From: Callorhinchus milii
Lineage: Eukaryota
Direction: 5' to 3'
Assembly (NCBI RefSeq): GCF_018977255.1
Contig: NW_024704751.1
Location: 11,470,001 to 11,534,000, forward strand
DNA: 64,000 nucleotides
A program made the translations under genes and the position numbers. Below are positions 47,901-60,769 of the stretch, piece by piece (the stretch's first letter is position 1; each line of letters opens with the position of its first letter). The notes beneath the pieces were generated by a model. That model made no database searches, was not told the DNA's origin, and saw nothing but the letters and a program-made list of their open reading frames with translations.

Positions 47901-49638
47901 TGAGTTAAACCTATCGTGTGAGAGCCTAATAGAATAATACAATACAACCCAATACAACCTTGCTTGGCGAAAGGTTCAGTTTGCCAGTTTATTGCAAGTT
48001 CACGTCCCAGGCACAGTGACTGTATAAGATATTAAATAGCACAACATCGGGAAAAAAAATCTTTTGTACTTCCTACGAAAAAAAATGAATGCATTGTGAC
48101 CATAGTTTGGGTGCCTGATTGGAAAATGTGTGTTTTCCCCCCTTTCCAGACATGTTTGATAAAAACAAAATGGGTAAGATCGACGTGTATGGGTTTTCTG
48201 CGCTGTGGAGATTCCTGCAGCAGTGGCGTAACATGTTCCAGCAGTTTGACCGAGATCGATCGGGGAGTATAAACGCTCAAGAACTACAGCAAGGTGAGGA
48301 CGGGAGGATGGCTTGACTCAGCTTGTTCCAGTCCTTCATGTTGATGTGTTTATATGGCAAACAGTATGTGTAACTAAGATCTTAACTCAACATTTCTTGG
48401 GTGAAGCAGAGACTTGAGTTACTTTACCAGGGATCCACACAATGGGGTCGAGGGTAAAACCTACCAAGAATAGAGGGGAACCAAGAAGACAATGTTAGCG
48501 AGCAACTTGGGAGAATTAATATTAATAAAGAAATGGTTTTAGGTAAATTGTCAGGTCTTAAGACTGATAAATCCCCTGGACCTGATGGCCTACATCCTCG
48601 GGTTTTAAAAGAGTGGCTACTGAAATAGTGGATGGGTTGTCTTTGACCTTCCAAAATTCTCTGGATTCCAGAACGGTTCCCATTGATTGGAAGATTGCAA
48701 ACGTGACACTACTATTTAAGAAGGGTGGGAGAGAAAAGATGGGGAACTATAGACCAGTTAGTCTGATATCAGTGGGAGGGAAAATTCTTTAGTCCTTAAT
48801 TAAAGATGTTGTTATGGGATTCCTGGAAGACCATAACAAGATTAGGCAGAGTCAACATGGGCAGGTAATTAGAGTTAGGTTAGAAGATCAGCCATGATCT
48901 TATTGAATGGCGGGGCACAGGCTCGAGGGGCCGAATGGCCGACTCCTGCTCCTAATTCTTATGTTCTTATGTATCATTACGCAAAATAGCATGATTTAGA
49001 TTCGGCTATTTATTCTGTCTAATCCCACCGCACTTATCATTTTCTTCGTAATGTTATTATATATTTAATTGGATTGTTGCCACATCTTAATTAGGCTATA
49101 AGGTGAATGGGCAGAAGTGTGGCGGATACAGTTCAGTGTAAGCAAATGTGAGGCTTTAAACAACAACAAATTACAGTTGTAATGCGCCCTTCACGTCGGA
49201 AAGACTCCCAGGGCCCTGGATAATCAGGGGGTTCAGACCCGAGCTGGGAGTTGGGGTCAGGAGAGGGTGGAAGGAGGATGGGGTGTGTGTGAAAACTGGT
49301 GAAATGGAGAATTTCTTGGGGTGGGGGGTAAGGCAGATAAACCAAGGGGCTTGGGAACGCCTTTGTTGTATCTAATGTGGCTTTCTCTCCGTTTCCTTTT
49401 CATCCCAGCGCTCTCTCAGATGGGGTATAACCTCAGCCCACAGTTCACCCAGTTTCTCGTGTCCCGGTTTGCCCAGAGACCCACCCAGCCCACTGTCCAG
49501 CTGGACAGCTTCATCCACATCTGCACCCAGCTGCAGAGCACGAGCGAAGCCTTCAGGGAGAAGGACACCAGCCGTTCCGGAAACATCCGGGTCAGCTACG
49601 AGGACTTCCTGACGCTGGCTGTGTCCCGCATGCTATGA
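44943..49638 (+). CDS. pef1: Peflin (penta-EF-hand protein 1), 319 aa, 5 coding exons
   Basis: Exons 44943-44966 (MATYPYGS), 46568-46973 (Gly/Pro/Tyr-rich repeats), 47722-47877 ([29 protein letters not shown]), 48150-48293 ([19 protein letters not shown]) and 49409-49638 ([13 protein letters not shown]...AVSRML*). 960 nt in frame. Confidence 0.95.
44967..45820 (+). repeat. Polypurine G-rich degenerate minisatellite in PEF1 intron 1
   Basis: Almost pure G/A with recurring gtgagtgtggggga units. Confidence 0.9.
48430..48970 (+). mobile_element. CR1 LINE fragment (ORF2 piece joined to 3' tail)
   Basis: Encodes [22 protein letters not shown] and NYRPVSL-like motifs. Tail reads gatcagccatgatcttattgaatggcgg...ggccgaatggcc. 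Confidence 0.85.
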
Positions 49639-51499
49639 TCTGTCGCCAGGGCAGCCACCAAGTGAGTTTAGAGAAAGAGAAGAAGCTGGTTTTACATTCC
49701 TACCGATCAGTGGATTAAAACACTTGATTTCTTTATAAACTATAACACACACAGGGAGATACACACACGGGACACACACACAGGGAGACACACACACAGG
49801 GAGACACACACACACACAGATGCACACACGTGTGCACACACACAAGAAAAATAATCAGGAACTAATATAGATAATAGGGTCACTTCCGCCAATTTTTTTG
49901 CCACCAACTATGGATCAGTTTTTTGCCTTCAGCGGCTTTTACACTTGTACTTTAGTGAAGTAATTGACAGACCTGCCAAATCTCCCCAACAAATACGTTG
50001 GTTTCGATTTAAATTGTTCGAAGCCCTGTTGCCACGAGAACGCTCAGTTTGCACAAAAGCGACTTTAGTGCTAAGTTACGGGACAACGACTCCGGACAGA
50101 ACATTCGGAAAGCTTCACAAAGTATCCGTGGCTTTGAGGTCTATGGGGTTGCTTTGGTTGAACAACCAAATTCCCAGAAGGTAGAGCCTGCTTTTGAAAC
50201 GTAAATTAATCTTGTGAATACAGTAGCGCTGTGTATGATGAGTAGATTACACTCTTCTCTCTTTCCCCACCCCCCCAATTACTAAAGATATTTTCAACCA
50301 TCAGCCAATGTTGACTTGGAGGCGTTGGTTGGCAAAGGGTCGAGTGCGGTGGAATTGATGTCCAGGGCTCACGACACGTCACCGTTTCAGTGACTGTTGG
50401 ACAAACGCCTTTAAAGAAATAGACGATATTGATTTTCATGTGGAAATGTGCCGTCTCCTTAAGGAGGAGGGAGTTGCGGGTGAATCTGAAGTTGTTTGTC
50501 CAGCACAGCACAGCACACGTTTTATTATTGGATAAGTGCCAATTAGTTTTCACACTAAGTTGATTTGTGACCAGTAGATAAAACAATATTCTTTTGAACT
50601 GCATTGACTTTGCTCGCTCTCTTTCTCTCTCTCTCAATATATATATATGTATAGCAGCATCTCTGGACTAAAGCAGACAATATAACAGTAGTTTTTGTGA
50701 GCAGTATTGTAGATTTGCATTGACTTTTCTTATTACCATTAAAGCATGTTAGAAAGAAGGGTGTACCATATGGATTGTTTTTCACGTCGGTATGGCACAA
50801 ATATTAGCAATAAAACCACGTACGTAGACATTTTACTTTCCAGAGTGCTTTGTGGAAGTTAAGGGGCCTCAACTCAGCTTGTTCCTATCATTTTTTTTAA
50901 ACAAAGTAATTTAAAAACAAATTCCCGGGTTGTTTCGGGTTATTCCAATGGGGTTTGACACCCTTATTACATTTTGTGTTTCTCCTCAAACCTGCGGATA
51001 GAGACCTGATACGGGACACGCACTGAGAAGAATACTTTGCACATTGGAGCGATTTTTGCCTCCTCCTCCTCCTCCCCATATCTTCATAACATTGTTCACT
51101 GTTGCTTCAAATGCCGCCTGGTGTTCGTGTGCTCTGAGACACCGCCCGTGTTGACTTCCTTTTCTGTCAGGTACAAGTGTTGACTTCCCTTCTGTCAACT
51201 CCACCAAACGCTCAAACGTTCGTTCGCCTTTTCTTCTCTGCTTGAAAAATGCCATGGGATTCACTCGGATTGTAATCTTACTTGTTTTGCGAGTTTTTGC
51301 AATGGCACAGTCACTGGATCGAAACGCTCTCCTAAAGTGACGTCGTAGCAATGATAATAATAATCCATGCATTCACACACACCTCCAGCTGGACTGGAAA
51401 GGTTAAGACAACTTTGCAAATAAATGGAGAACAACAACTGTGGGAAATAAAGGGGGGAATCAGTCTCCCTCTGGTGGAGCCAAACAGAAAAACCTTTAT

Positions 51500-51850
51500 A
51501 ATAATCATAATAATAATGCTTGTATTTGATAGTGTCCTCCAGACGTCTCAAAGCGCTTCACAGAATATACTGTAAAGTCAATTGACTGTACATTTTGTGG
51601 GAGACGAGCAGCAGCCAATTGTGCACAGCAGTGTCCCGCAAACAGTCGTGGATTGAGTGACCACATTATTTTTTAATTTATTTTATTTTTGAAGGGATTA
51701 TTACCCCTGGAAAAGCCATCTGCCAGTTGACAAAAAGCAGGTTCCTACTTACTGCTGGGTAAACAGGCGTGTGGAGTAAGGAAACTTGCCTAACATTTCG
51801 GGATTGAACCCAGGCTCTCTGGGAAGCGCTCTAACTACTGAGCTCCAGGA
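51500..51850 (-). mobile_element. Full-length tRNA-derived SINE
   Basis: Tail, core and head match the family. Confidence 0.85.
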
Positions 51851-52398
51851 ATCCACATATGGTACACAGTTAGAATACCGTACTTCCCAAAATAAAACAA
51901 ATCCACAGATTGATCATAAAATGAATTATATTTTAATACGATAAATGGTTCCACACAGATTTCACAGGCACTAGTGTCCACTAGTATTTTTTCCCGTATG
52001 CATGTCTTGTATCTCGTGGCCATGACAGGCTATTTAACTATGAGGCACTGAGGTCCATTGAAGCACCTGCGAGTGTCCTGTTTAAAACCCTCCAGTCTTT
52101 GCTCCTCCCTTCCTCTGCAACCTACCAACCTGCCCGCTCCCTCCGATCAGCGGGCTCCGGCCTGCTCCACATCCCCAGCCTTGCCCTCCGCACCATCAGC
52201 AGTCAGGCCATCACCTTTTCTGCTCCCACCCTATGGAACTCCATCCAGGAGCCCCTTTATCTCCTTCATGGCCTGTCGAGACATCTCTTTGACCATGCCT
52301 TTGGTCACCCTCCCACCCCCATCTCCCCTCACTTGTTGTTGGTTGAAATCAAATTGATTTCAGACCACAGATCACTTGGACTTGACTGGTTCCTTAAG

Positions 52399-54625
52399 CT
52401 ACTGAGACAACAATATTCCATTGATAACGTCCATTCTTTCTTTGAGCCTCTGGGAATCTTGAAGGTTTCTCCTTCTGCTTAACATTATATTGAGGGCAAT
52501 TATCACCAACAGTGCAACCAGTGCAATCAGAGAGACAGCCATGATAACCACATATAGGCTGGAAGCCTCTTGGTTCTGAAGAGGATATGCTGAAAACAGA
52601 AATGAAAGGAAGTGGTAAGAAAATAATCCATTCAATGCATCATAAGAATGAAGCTTTGTAAACTGAAGGAAATTACTGAGCTGCCTCAATGGCTAAAGAT
52701 TATCTGGTTTAACACTACCCCCCCCCAAGGTTTCTAATTCAGCAATTATTCTTTGTTTTCTTATGGGCAGAGAGACAGTCTAACACAATCGCACAAACAA
52801 TACTGACCAACTCCTTGACCAGTTACGGTGAGGGAGTGTCCAATATTGTAAAGTTAAATGTTAATGGCAACGAACAATTACATTTTCGCCCACAAAATAC
52901 CCAGTCAATTCATTTTATAGTACGTCCCAAAGCGCTGGACAGTCAGGGATTATAAAATAGGGAGGATTCAAATCACCCACAGTGTCTCCTCTTAATCTAT
53001 CCAATGACCCCTAAATAAATGAAATTAAGTGCTTTACCTATGCCAAGGAGGTGGACTGGTCTAAGGATAGTTTGCTTGACTGCATCATTCCTTAACACAA
53101 AGGTATACTTTTCACTGAGGCTTGTATTGTTTCTTGCCATGATACTCTTCAGTAAGTACAGATTGTCGGTGGTTTGTTGGTAAACAGTTTCAGACAAAAC
53201 AGGCTCAAGCTTCTCTTCCCCGCTGTACCACAGCACATCAGCCTTTGGGTAGCCTTCAGACTCGAAGCTCAAAATGATGCTGGGTGGATTGTGCCTGATC
53301 ATCAGATTTGGCTCCGTGTAATAAGCTGTTGGAAATAAATTGTTTGTTAAAGCCGTGTCAGCCTCCGGGAGGAAGCTCGTGACAGTAAATGTGTTTGTAA
53401 TGTTGGCTCATTAACTGTGGCATCGTTTGGGCTGATATATCGAGTTAGTGGGTTAGTGATCACCATTCCCCACTTCAACTGATTACAGGGCTTCCGACAA
53501 TCTATCTCTGGGAGTTTCCGTGTGCAGGTGGGAGGCCTGGAATTCTCAGTTGGGTTTGGAGACTGAAGCACGGTGATGGGTTTCCACGTGCGTCAGACAC
53601 CCGGCCGACATGTGGGACCCAGGGAACTAGATCACTGCTTTACACGGGGGCTTTCGAAGGAGGGCAGGAGGGAGGGAGGGAGCGAGGGAAGGGATACATT
53701 TTTACGAGAAGAAAAAAGACATTTATCTACCAGCAAATTGGACTGAGAGAGTTCCTTCGTCACTTTCCATGAGAGTACTGACGTGACACTTGTATTGTCC
53801 AGCGTCGCTTGGCCTCACTCCTTGGAGTTTTAGGGAAATGTTTCCGTGTTTAAACTGGTCCGGAAACAGACTCGTTCTCCCCGAATACTGGGCGCTCTGC
53901 AGTTTGAGTTGGTCTGATCCGTAGTAATAACTGTGGACCAAAGCATTGCTCCCCATGTGCAGCCATTGGATTGTGATGTGATCGAGAGGTTCATCGCCAG
54001 TCACGTTGAACGCACACTGCAGCAATGCGGTTTCTCCTCGGATAATTGTCTGTGGCATTTTTGAGACTCTGACCTCCAAGCCAACTGCACATACAGAAAC
54101 ACAATACATTAAGAGATAGTAGTAATAATTAGAATAATCCTGGCATTTGATACAGCGCCTTATCATGACTTCAAGACGTCTCAAAGCTCTTCACAGAATG
54201 TACTGTAAAGTGAATTGACTGTATATTTGTGGGCGAAACGCGGCAGCCAATTGCGCACAGTAGTGTCCCCACAAACAGCCGTGAATTGAGTGACCAAATT
54301 TTTTTTTAAGTATTTATTAACCCCGGAGAAACGATCCGTCAATCAACTAACAACCGGGTTCCTACTTATTCCTAGGCAAACAGAGGCGTGTGGAGTAAGG
54401 AAGCTTGCCCAACATTTCGCCTTGCCCCGGGAATCGAACCCAGGTCTCCCGCTTGCGAAGCCAGTGCTCTAACCACTGAGCTACAGGACTCCACACAAAG
54501 ACATAAAAGGTGCTTTATCAAACACAATCTAATGAACTAATAGATCAAAATTATGAAAATATTAAACACTTACCAGTAACTAGGATTTGTCCCAACACAA
54601 CGAAAAGGCAGTTAAAAACCCACAT
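52399..54625 (-). CDS. B7-family (CD276/CD274/VTCN1/HHLA2-like) type I membrane protein: signal peptide-IgV-IgC-TM-short tail, 294 aa
   Basis: Exons 54625-54574 (MWVFNCLFVVLGQILVT), 54084-53731 (IgV: LLQCAF..IQW..VHSYYYGSDQLKLQSAQYSGRTSLF..GNISLKLQGVRPSDAGQYKC), 53325-53038 (IgC-like: GYPKADVLW) and 52589-52399 (TM VVIMAVSLIALVALLVIIALNIML then RRR). All introns phase 1, 885 nt in frame. Confidence 0.9.
54115..54495 (-). mobile_element. Full-length tRNA-derived SINE in a B7-like intron
   Basis: Tail, core and head match the family. Confidence 0.85.
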
Positions 54626-55699
54626 TTTCTATATCCTGTAAAATAGAAACATTAAAGACACTCATAAATGTACTTGTTGGACATTCGTCCTGAAGACAGT
54701 TTCCTGAGTGGCTGTGCTCCCAACACAAAGCATTCAACAACAACAACAAGAAATACAGTGCCCTCCATGCAGTGTAGCGTCTCAGAGCGCTTAGGGCATT
54801 GCAAGCTGAAATTCCACCCGGTCTTAGCCTGTGAAACCACTTGCCTTGAAATGTAGGATTGTGATTGAAAATATAAAAATAAATATAATAACAATCCTTG
54901 CATTTGTTACAGTGGGAAAAAAGCCGGTGTTTCTTCCTCTTCGATCGTGCTTATGGTCACCTACCCTTTTCCCCCCAGCTAAGCGCACTGAGACACTGTC
55001 CCCGCAAAAGACCTTTGACTAAATAAGCGTCCCAACATCTAAAATCTAAGCAGACTCTTCTCAATCGTCCTCTTTCTGAGAAAGCGAGTGGATCTGCGAC
55101 GAAACAATTGTTTCAGCAGTGACCCACAAACAGTTGTGGATTGAGAGACCAAATGTTTTTTTAATGGACTATTATCCTCTGAAAAACAATCTGCTTATCA
55201 ACTAACAACCTGGTTCCTACTTAGGTAAACAGAGGCGTGTGTGGATTAAAAGAAACTTACCCAACGTTTTGCTCTGCTCAAGAATCAAACCCAAGTCTTC
55301 TCACTTGCGAGCGAGTGCTCTAACCACAAAGCTACAGTACTTTTCAAATAAGCGATTATTCAGGAAGTTCACTGTACAACGAACATCTCAGCAAATAAAA
55401 TCACCACAAACCCAAGTTCCAATGATGTGAAAAAAATATTCTCTTTTCTATTCCCTGCTCTTCGGTCTCCCAACTCTCTTCTTCCATTCCCAAACTTTTG
55501 TCACTCAATAAGTTTGAGGCATTTTCACCAACGAAACAAAACAGAATGAGGTACAGTGAAAATAACTTTTAGAACCCGTTAAAGCCGACGGGAGCAGCTG
55601 AGTTAAAAGGAAACTAGTAATAAACTCTTTGCAGAGTGGTCAGAATGCGTGCAAAGTAACTGAGTGCTTACCATGTCACTTCTCTCCTCAAACGTTCCA

Positions 55700-56500
55700 C
55701 TGTGATAAAATGCTGTCGTTTTACACATGTACTGACAGGAACTTGAACTAGGAAATCCTTTTAAGGGTAAAAGAGAGGGTGAGGCCAAGAGAGACACTTA
55801 TCATGAAGTAGGTTAATAACCACCTCAGTTATTGGACTCTCACTCTCTGCATACCTTGCAGCAATTTTTGTAACTGGCTCGTGTTTTCGGGGTGAACTCG
55901 GGGTTATTTGGGGGAATTTCCCAAAAATCATACCCGTTGGGTGTGGAACCTGTGAGAGACCCTGTGGTTGTTTCAGTCAACTCGTTGCCCTTTGATCTTC
56001 CTCGCCCACAGTCCTGAGGAGATTGTCGCTTGGAAACTCAGCAACACAGGACTGATATTTCAGGTTTCTGTGCGAGACTGATACTGACGCCTTGTCACGT
56101 CGGTAACGTCAGCCGAGGGATTCATGAAAGCCGACACACATTGAAATGCAACAATCAGAGTGTGAGGTCACAGTGGTTGCTATGACCAGGCAACACCGAG
56201 AAAGACTTTGCTTGATTAGTTTTCATGGTAACCCAGGAGAGAAACCCGATTCACAGCGAAAGGGATTTTGATCGACAGCCAAACCTGTGTTTCTGGGCGG
56301 CCACAATATCTGATGAAAGGGAGACTGATTGATTGACTGACTGACTGACTGACACGATTGATTAGCGATTCCCATCTTAAAACAGCCCCTGTGAAGACTC
56401 TCCTGATATCCGACCGGTTTCAGGTCAATAAGTGATCCTTCTGTGACCCGCTGTGCCATGTGACTAGTCGCTATTGATGCATAACTGCTATCCTAAGCCG
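55700..56500. promoter_or_regulatory. Divergent promoter region between the B7-like gene and FBXO39, with NF-kB and RFX X-box motifs
   Basis: GGGGAATTTCCC at 55911-55922. X-box-like GTCGCTTGGAAAC at about 56025, GTTGCTATGAC..GGCAAC at about 56176, GTTTTCATGGTAAC at 56219-56232. Putative non-coding exon donors at 55671 (-) and 56501 (+). Confidence 0.5.
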
Positions 56501-56539
56501 GTAAGTTACGGCACTAATTCTGATCAATACACTACACTG

Positions 56540-56950
56540 CCGCCCGCATTACTGACCCGGACCAAACTCTGTCCCTACGTCTCACCAGCTCTGGCCCAGG
56601 CTTCACTGGCTGCCCATCACTGACCGGATCAACTTCAAGATCCTCTCACTCTCGTGGTCAAATCCCTTCACTCTCTGGCACCTCCCTCCCTTCCTCCCTC
56701 CCCGGCCTCCTCACTCCCCAATCCACCACCCGACTCCTCCGCTCGACTGGCACCGTCCTCCTGCTCATCCCTCGCTCCCTCGGCCCCACCATCGGAGTTC
56801 GCGCTTTCAGCCACTACGCCCTGAAACTCTGGAACGCTCTCCCTCAATCCCTCCGCCTTGTCCCCTCTCCCCACTTTCAAGTGCCGCCTGAAGACTTTAC
56901 TGTTCGACCGTGCTTAAGGCCACCTCCTCCTCTCCCCCACCCGCGGCTCG
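56540..56950 (+). mobile_element. L2 LINE ORF2 C-terminal fragment
   Basis: Encodes LAQLHWLP..RINFKIL-like and AFSHYAP..LWNALP-like motifs. Confidence 0.8.
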
Positions 56951-57239
56951 GAGTTAATGACAATAAATAAATATAAATATGCCAATAAATCTGCTTTGAC
57001 TCAGCAGATTCTCAAATTCTCAAGACTGTTGACGATTGCGGTTGATAATTATTGATTGCGGCTCTTTAAGCATTACCTAAGGCTTGTTGCCAAAAATATG
57101 GTTATAATCACTGTAAAAGACCTGAAATTCAGCTAATTCTCATCGCCCTCTGGTGTGTTAGATATTTGGGTTTTAATCCTTTACTAAGTTCTGCTTCTTT
57201 ACCAAAGTGAAGCAATTAATAACTTCAGTAAAGTACATG

Positions 57240-57430
57240 TATAATATAATAATAATCCGTGCATTTGATATAGCCCCTTATCACATCTTCGAGACGTCTC
57301 AAAGCGTTTCACAGAACATACTGTAAAGTGTAGTGACTGTAATATTTTGTGGGCGAAACGTGGAAGCCAATTGGGCACAGCAGTGTTCCCACAAACAGTC
57401 GTGGATTGCGTGATCCAATTATCATTATTA
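57240..57430 (-). mobile_element. 5'-truncated SINE
   Basis: Family tail and core. Confidence 0.8.
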
Positions 57431-57570
57431 TTAATATAACATAATAGTTTTCTCAGTCTCAATCAATTGTAACTGTTTCTGATCGGCACCTGAATTTCAT
57501 TTAACCTTGAACTTGTTGTGGTTTGTCTCCTGGTGGATGGACAACAGTATTCACTGTGACTGAGAGGGAC

Positions 57571-60500
57571 ATGGAGGTGTCCTACAGCCAGTGTACAGAT
57601 GGGGGTAACTGGAGCGAGCTGCCAGAGGTGTCATTGAGGCAGGTGTTCCGCTGGCTCGGAGATCAGGACCGGGTGCGAGCGGCGATGGTGTGTAAATGCT
57701 GGTACCACGTCATGCATTCTCCAGCTCTCTGGAGATCCAGGACATTCACCTTCTGTGGCAGACCCTCCAAGTACCGCCGGGCAGAGTACGAGTCCGCCAT
57801 CTGGTACGCCAAGAAGTTTGGCCGGTACCTGGTCAACTGCGAGATCAAGTTCATGAACCCCTACAATTCCCTGCTGACCAGGCGCTTCCAGATCACCATG
57901 AGGAGCTTCCTGGCTCGTTTAGGCAACGAGAACAACCGGCTCAAGTCCTTCACCATCCAACACCTGGAGCTGGACCGTCTGGTGTGGAGCTCGTCTGTGA
58001 GGAATGCCTTCCTCAAGGTAATAATTATTGGAATATCAATAGTAATAATAACAACAATAATAGTAATAATGATAGTAATAATAGTACACGTCTAAAATCT
58101 AAGCAGACTCTTCTCAATCGGTTCATGAGCTTGAAACATAGAGCAATTCTCTCACTTCCTCTTTCTGAGAAAGTGAGTGAATTTGCGAGGAAACAATTGT
58201 GACTGTCTGTAGTACAGCACACCTTTATATACTGACCCCTCGTAAACTTTATTATAATAATAATAATCCTGGCATTTGACACAGCGTCTTATCACGTCTT
58301 TGAGACGTCTCAAAGCGCTTCACGGGATACACTGTAAAGTGCCCTGGGTGAGGGGCGCTGTATAAAGGCAAGTTATTGTTGTTGTTGTTGTTTATGTAAA
58401 ATCAGACGCTCTCTCTTTTCTGTTAAAGAGTCTGAACTTTTTTCTCCGCCGCGAGTGCAAACACCTCCAGTCCTTCAACCTCCGCGGAGCGAGGCTGGGT
58501 ATGGAGCAGGGCTTCTCCATCCTCAACTCCTTGGTCCACCTGAGGCAAAGGAGCTCCATCTCCGAGCTGAACATCGAGGACTTCTTCAGCCACCACCTGG
58601 CCATCTACGCCAACCCCACCTTCCCCAAGATCATGCGCAGTTTCTGTGTCCTGACCAGCCTCTCGCTCAACTACAACTGTATCTCAGACGACCTCCTTGA
58701 CACCCTGTCTGACAGCTGCTCACAGACCCTGAGGATCATGAACATCAAATGCCACATCCACGACCCTCACAGCCAGGTGATTTGGGGGCTATCCTGGTCT
58801 CTCCTGGCTAAACGGGCCACCAGCCTGAAGGTGAACTTTTACTTTGACCTGGTGATGAGGAACGATCGATTAACTCGGATTCTGGTCCCTGAGATCCCGG
58901 TGCGGAGTCTCAATTTCAGGAGCTGTTACTTCAGTGACCCGGACTGGACGATGAAACCCACCCTGGTCGATCTGATTCCACACTACAAGAACACACTACA
59001 GGTACGTGAGCAAGAGTGACACCGTGACCCAGGAATGTGCGGCCAGATAAGAAGTTACCCTCACAATCTTATCTGTCGCCGCACCTGCAATCAGACTAAC
59101 TGCCAAACCACTCACAAAGGAGATACCTTTCGAGCTGTCTCAAACCGCTTTGCAGGGTTTTCCTGTAAGGTATAGTGACGGTGTATTTGTGGGTAGAAAT
59201 GGCAACCGCGCGCACACACTTCCAACAACAGCTTCGACAGTGAAAGCCACATACAGAGTAAAGGAAGTGAGTAAAGGAATGCAACTTTACAAACACACAG
59301 CTTTGCGGTAAACGTCAAGGTTATTATTAACACATTATTGAGTGTGTATCCTACCTCAGGCACTCCAACACCACCGGCTTAAAGCCACATTTCACATTGT
59401 GTCAATAGGTTTAATGTCTCATCCAAAGGCTGGCAGCTCCAACAAAGCAACACGTAATGGAGTCTAAGTCCCAGGCTCAGAGTCGTTGGGAATCAGTCTC
59501 AAAGCGTCTCACAGGATTGACTGTAAAGGGTAGTGACTGTGTATCTTGTACCCAAACAAGGCAACCCATTTGCACACAGCAGTGTCTCGCAACCAGTCAC
59601 TGAGTGAATGACCAATCTTATTTGGTGAATTGTTGGCTAGGACACCAGGAGAAACTCTCTTCTCTTTTCCAATCCTGCCTTAAAGGGGAATTTAAGGTCC
59701 AGTGGAAGACGGGACTTTAGTTTGAACATCTCTTCTGACAGACGGTACCTCAATACAATACAGCTTCCCCTCCCCCCACCCAGCACGACACTGGAGCGTC
59801 AGTCCAGACTGTAATCGTGCCAAAGTGCTGCTTGAAGCCCCACCTTCTGACTCAGACGCCAGAGTTAATAGCAGTTAATCTCTCGTTGGGTTGGACATTC
59901 TGCCCTCCTCAACCAGACAGGTTTTGTTTTGCCAGAAGCTGACTTTGGAGTTCAACAACAGCCACGAACGGATCGATGATGAATTACTGCAACTGGTGTT
60001 GATGTGCGACCGACTGCACTACATGAAAATCTGGGCTTTCCTCAGCATCAGGTTTATCGAGACAATGCTACAGTATCGGCAGGAGGGGAAGTCCAACTGC
60101 CGCACTCTTAAGGTAAGGTACACGGTTGTTTTTCTGGGGTGGATGCCTGTAGCTCAGTGGTTAGACACTCGCCTCACAAAGCTAGAGTATCCGGGTTTGA
60201 TTCCCAGGCAGGTCAGGGCGAAACATTAGGCAAGTTTCTTTACTCCACCACACACCTTCGTTTACCCAGCAGCAAGTAGCTCCAGGATGCTACCCCACGA
60301 GAAGGGCACTATGTAAGTGCAAGTTATTGTTGTTGTAGGAACCCGGTTATTAGTCGATGGGTGGATCGCTTTTCCGAAGGTAATAATCACTTGAAAATTC
60401 ACTCGATCCACGACTGTTTGGGGGACGCTGCTGTGCGCAATCGCCCTCAACGTATACAGTCAATTCACTTTACAGTGTATCCTGTGAAGCGCTTTGAGAC

Positions 60501-60769
60501 GTCTCGAAGATGTGATAAGGGGCTGTGTCAAATACCAGGATTATTAGCATTATTGTTGCTGGTGGTGTTATTCTGCAGATGAACAGGTAATTACAGGTAA
60601 CTTGCACTGCCCGTGTGGTGATATATTGTTTTATCCCCAGGTGAGAATTTACATGCACAAATATGAAACGAGTGAAGAAGATAAGATGCTTCGTGATCTG
60701 TACATGAAGTACAGGGATCTAATTGACACAGAACTCAATTATTTGGTTATTACGTACCCCTTGATGTAA
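57571..60769 (+). CDS. fbxo39: F-box only protein 39, 441 aa, 4 coding exons
   Basis: Exons 57571-58017, 58429-59001, 59936-60112, 60641-60769 (1326 nt). F-box WSELPEVSLRQVFRWL..RAAMVCKCW. FBXO39 motifs KKFGRYL..KFMNPYN, ELNIEDFFSHHLA, KCHIHDPHSQVIWG, RSCYFSDPDW and YETSEEDK. Confidence 0.95.
59490..59870 (-). mobile_element. Old DeuSINE-like (SacSINE1/AmnSINE1-type core) element
   Basis: The minus strand gives tctgagtcagaaggt..ctgacgctccagtgtc..gtaccgtctgtcagaagagatgttcaaac..ctcctggtgtcctagccaac, resembling the Deu domain as I recall it. Confidence 0.55.
60140..60545 (+). mobile_element. Full-length SINE with nested short L2-tail insertion
   Basis: Head gcctgtagctcagtggttag. Insertion at about 60280-60338 ending in (gtt)n. 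Confidence 0.8.
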
